Shown here piece by piece: positions 62,430 through 64,000 of a stretch of DNA of 64,000 nt. Origin of the DNA: Negativicutes bacterium (GTDB taxonomy: Bacteria; Bacillota; Negativicutes; JAGPMH01); contig JAGPMH010000002.1 of the NCBI GenBank assembly GCA_018052945.1, positions 1,950 through 65,949 on the forward strand. The letters are read 5' to 3'. The position numbers were made by a program, and so were the translations under genes. Below the pieces are notes generated by a model. It was not told the origin of the DNA, did not search any database, and saw nothing but the letters and a program-made list of their open reading frames with translations. Positions within the stretch are counted from its first letter, which is position 1. Every line of letters starts with the position of its first letter.

Positions 62430-62828
62430 TTACAGTAAGTTATTTTTTATTCTCGTTACTAGACTATCAACTTTATTTTTTATTATATTTCTGGTTTGGC
62501 GAAATTCTGCCAAGCCTTTTCCCGAAGGATCCTCTAGCCCCCAGTCTTCTCTGTAACTGCTTTTTATCATCGGACAAACAACATTACAGCCCATCGTAAT
62601 GACAATATCAACTTCCGGGATATCTGACAATAATTTAGAGCTTTGATTAATTTCCATATCAATCCCCAACTCTTTCATTACCATAACTGCATCTTGATTA
62701 ATTTGCGGTTTAGTTTCAGTACCGGCGGAGTAAGCTTCTAACACCTCCAGCCCAATAACCCTCGCCAAAGCTTCGGCCATTTGCGACCGACAAGAATTAT
62801 GAACACAAATAAAGGCAACTTTTTTCAT
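62430..62828 (-). CDS. arsC: Arsenate reductase (thioredoxin-coupled, LMW-PTP fold)
   Basis: CVHNSCRSQMAEA P-loop (CX5R) and a downstream Cys pair, typical of Bacillus-type ArsC. Start taken at MKKVAF. Confidence 0.7.
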   Translation of the reverse strand: MKKVAFICVHNSCRSQMAEALARVIGLEVLEAYSAGTETKPQINQDAVMVMKELGIDMEINQSSKLLSDIPEVDIVITMGCNVVCPMIKSSYREDWGLEDPSGKGLAEFRQTRNIIKNKVDSLVTRIKNNLL

Positions 62829-62872
62829 TATACTTCTCCTCAATTAAAATAATAAATTTAGCTAAGCTGATA

Positions 62873-63454
62873 TTACAGCTCAATTCCTAACCGTCCTTGG
62901 ACACCTTCAGCATAATAATGTTTAGCTTCCTGCATATCAGTTACCAAGTCAGCACAAGCCAATAAGCGTTGATCCGCCTTTCGACCAGTCAATACCAATT
63001 CCACTTCCGGTTTGCGTGCATCTAAAATCGCTTTTAATGCTTCCCATTTTGCCAACTCAAAAAATAATACCAAATTAATTTCATCTAAAACAACCAAATC
63101 ATACTCTCCCGAACTAACCGCCGCCAAAGCTTCCTTTAAGCCATCTTTAATCATATTAACATATTCAATCGGTGGATTAGACGGTTTATAAAAAACAACT
63201 TCTGAGTCTAGCCGTTCTGGATTAATCTGACATTGGTCAGTAGCAATAAAAAAAGGCTTGCCAAAAGTTTTACAAACTAATTGCGGATAAAAAGATTCCA
63301 AAATTTTATGTTCGCTATATTCTTTATTCTTCATAAATTGCAGCAAGCAAACTTTCTTTCCGGCTCCTAACGCCCTGATAGTAAGACCAATAGCAGCTGT
63401 CGTTTTCCCCTTGCCATCCCCAGTGTAGACTTGCACATAACCTTGTTCTTTCAT
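62873..63454 (-). CDS. cobO: Cob(I)yrinic acid a,c-diamide adenosyltransferase (CobO/BtuR type)
   Basis: 193 aa. YTGDGKGKTTAAIG P-loop and overall collinearity with the CobO/BtuR family. Confidence 0.8.
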   Translation of the reverse strand: MKEQGYVQVYTGDGKGKTTAAIGLTIRALGAGKKVCLLQFMKNKEYSEHKILESFYPQLVCKTFGKPFFIATDQCQINPERLDSEVVFYKPSNPPIEYVNMIKDGLKEALAAVSSGEYDLVVLDEINLVLFFELAKWEALKAILDARKPEVELVLTGRKADQRLLACADLVTDMQEAKHYYAEGVQGRLGIEL

Positions 63455-63521
63455 CCCAGCACCTCATTTCATTAAAATTATAGCTTAATTTTGTGTTTTT
63501 TTCATTAAAGTTATCTTAATT

Positions 63522-63558
63522 TTGTATTAAAAAAGAAGCAATCTAACAATTGCTTCTT
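63522..63558 (-). terminator. Terminator after the 135-aa membrane protein gene
   Basis: agaagcaat-ctaaca-attgcttct hairpin followed by a U-run on the minus strand. Confidence 0.5.
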
Positions 63559-63572
63559 TCCAATTTAATAAA

Positions 63573-63980
63573 TTATATTGATTTAAGTACACTATAACTA
63601 AAACTACTAGGAATTGTTTGTTCAATCAACTTACTATTATCTTTGGATTTACTATAAACCCTACAAGCAACTACTTTCTTTAACTTGCTATTAAAACAAA
63701 TACTAGTATTAACTTCTAAATTATAAGACCTCATCTTATCAGCAAAAACCTTGCCGGAATTGACGTCTTTTGATACAACCTCATAGACAAATAGCTTATC
63801 CTTAGTGAGATAATTTAATATCATCGGTGGTAAATAATTACCCAAAAATGTCGCTACAAAAATTGTCAAATATACAAATTCTCCACTTTGTTGTGCGGTA
63901 TAAATAAAACATACCACACCTAGCGACGCACAAATTGCTCCTAAAAAATATTTATCTTTATAAATACAAATTGTTTTCAA
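63573..63980 (-). CDS. Hypothetical membrane protein
   Basis: 135 aa with two predicted TM helices. No family recognised. Start close to the window edge. Confidence 0.4.
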   Translation of the reverse strand: MKTICIYKDKYFLGAICASLGVVCFIYTAQQSGEFVYLTIFVATFLGNYLPPMILNYLTKDKLFVYEVVSKDVNSGKVFADKMRSYNLEVNTSICFNSKLKKVVACRVYSKSKDNSKLIEQTIPSSFSYSVLKSI

Positions 63981-64000
63981 TACGCCAAAAGCACAATCAA

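Noticed and set aside
63455-63572. Cobalamin riboswitch upstream of cobO
   Set aside because: The intergenic region is too short and contains only a simple terminator hairpin for the upstream gene. No B12-box.

Overview
This is a low-GC (roughly 33-35%) bacterial chromosomal segment that is almost entirely coding, with most genes on the minus strand. An S-layer-homology (SLH) domain outer-membrane porin and a Firmicute-type GlnRS suggest a diderm Firmicute (Negativicutes-like), but that is an inference. The content is housekeeping and metabolism, not an obvious defence island.

**Genes identified**
- cysK, a MATE efflux pump and a glutathione peroxidase.
- A feoA-feoB ferrous-iron uptake locus with Fur boxes, a diguanylate cyclase fused downstream of feoB, and an unannotated 51-aa FeoB-associated Cys-rich peptide.
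- An MscS-family channel and a CGGC / unknown / sulfite-reductase-like + DUF1858 three-gene operon.
- A divergent nitroreductase / HxlR pair.
- A LexA-box-controlled yolD-like / Y-family polymerase cassette.
- Pirin.
- A glnK-amt pair in which both genes carry single in-frame stop codons.
- A PAS-GGDEF protein.
- An intact ISL3 insertion sequence (1412 bp, imperfect 24-bp IRs).
- A glpP / glpF / glpK glycerol locus.
- dapL and a FetAB-like ABC exporter.
- A DUF815 ATPase.
- A DAG-kinase-family lipid kinase.
- A MOP-family flippase whose N-terminus is out of frame at an A6 homopolymer.
- prfC.
- A complete trp operon in the unusual order trpD-F-C-B-A-E-G, whose leader carries a T-box riboswitch followed by a second, duplicated T-box antiterminator/terminator module.
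- A PhnD-like lipoprotein + HisKA_3 kinase + LuxR-type response regulator three-component system, convergent with glpQ-glpT.
- An SLH porin and clpB.
- dedA, phnA/yjdC, an ArsB/NhaD-family permease and glnS.
- An HD hydrolase, a TauE exporter with no canonical start codon, tcdA and a metallophosphoesterase.
- arsC, cobO and a partial hsdM at the left edge.

The most unusual observations are the duplicated Stem-I-less T-box expression platform, the paired nonsense codons in glnK and amt, the feoB-GGDEF linkage, and the CGGC/SiR-like operon. None can be confirmed as a new system from sequence alone.
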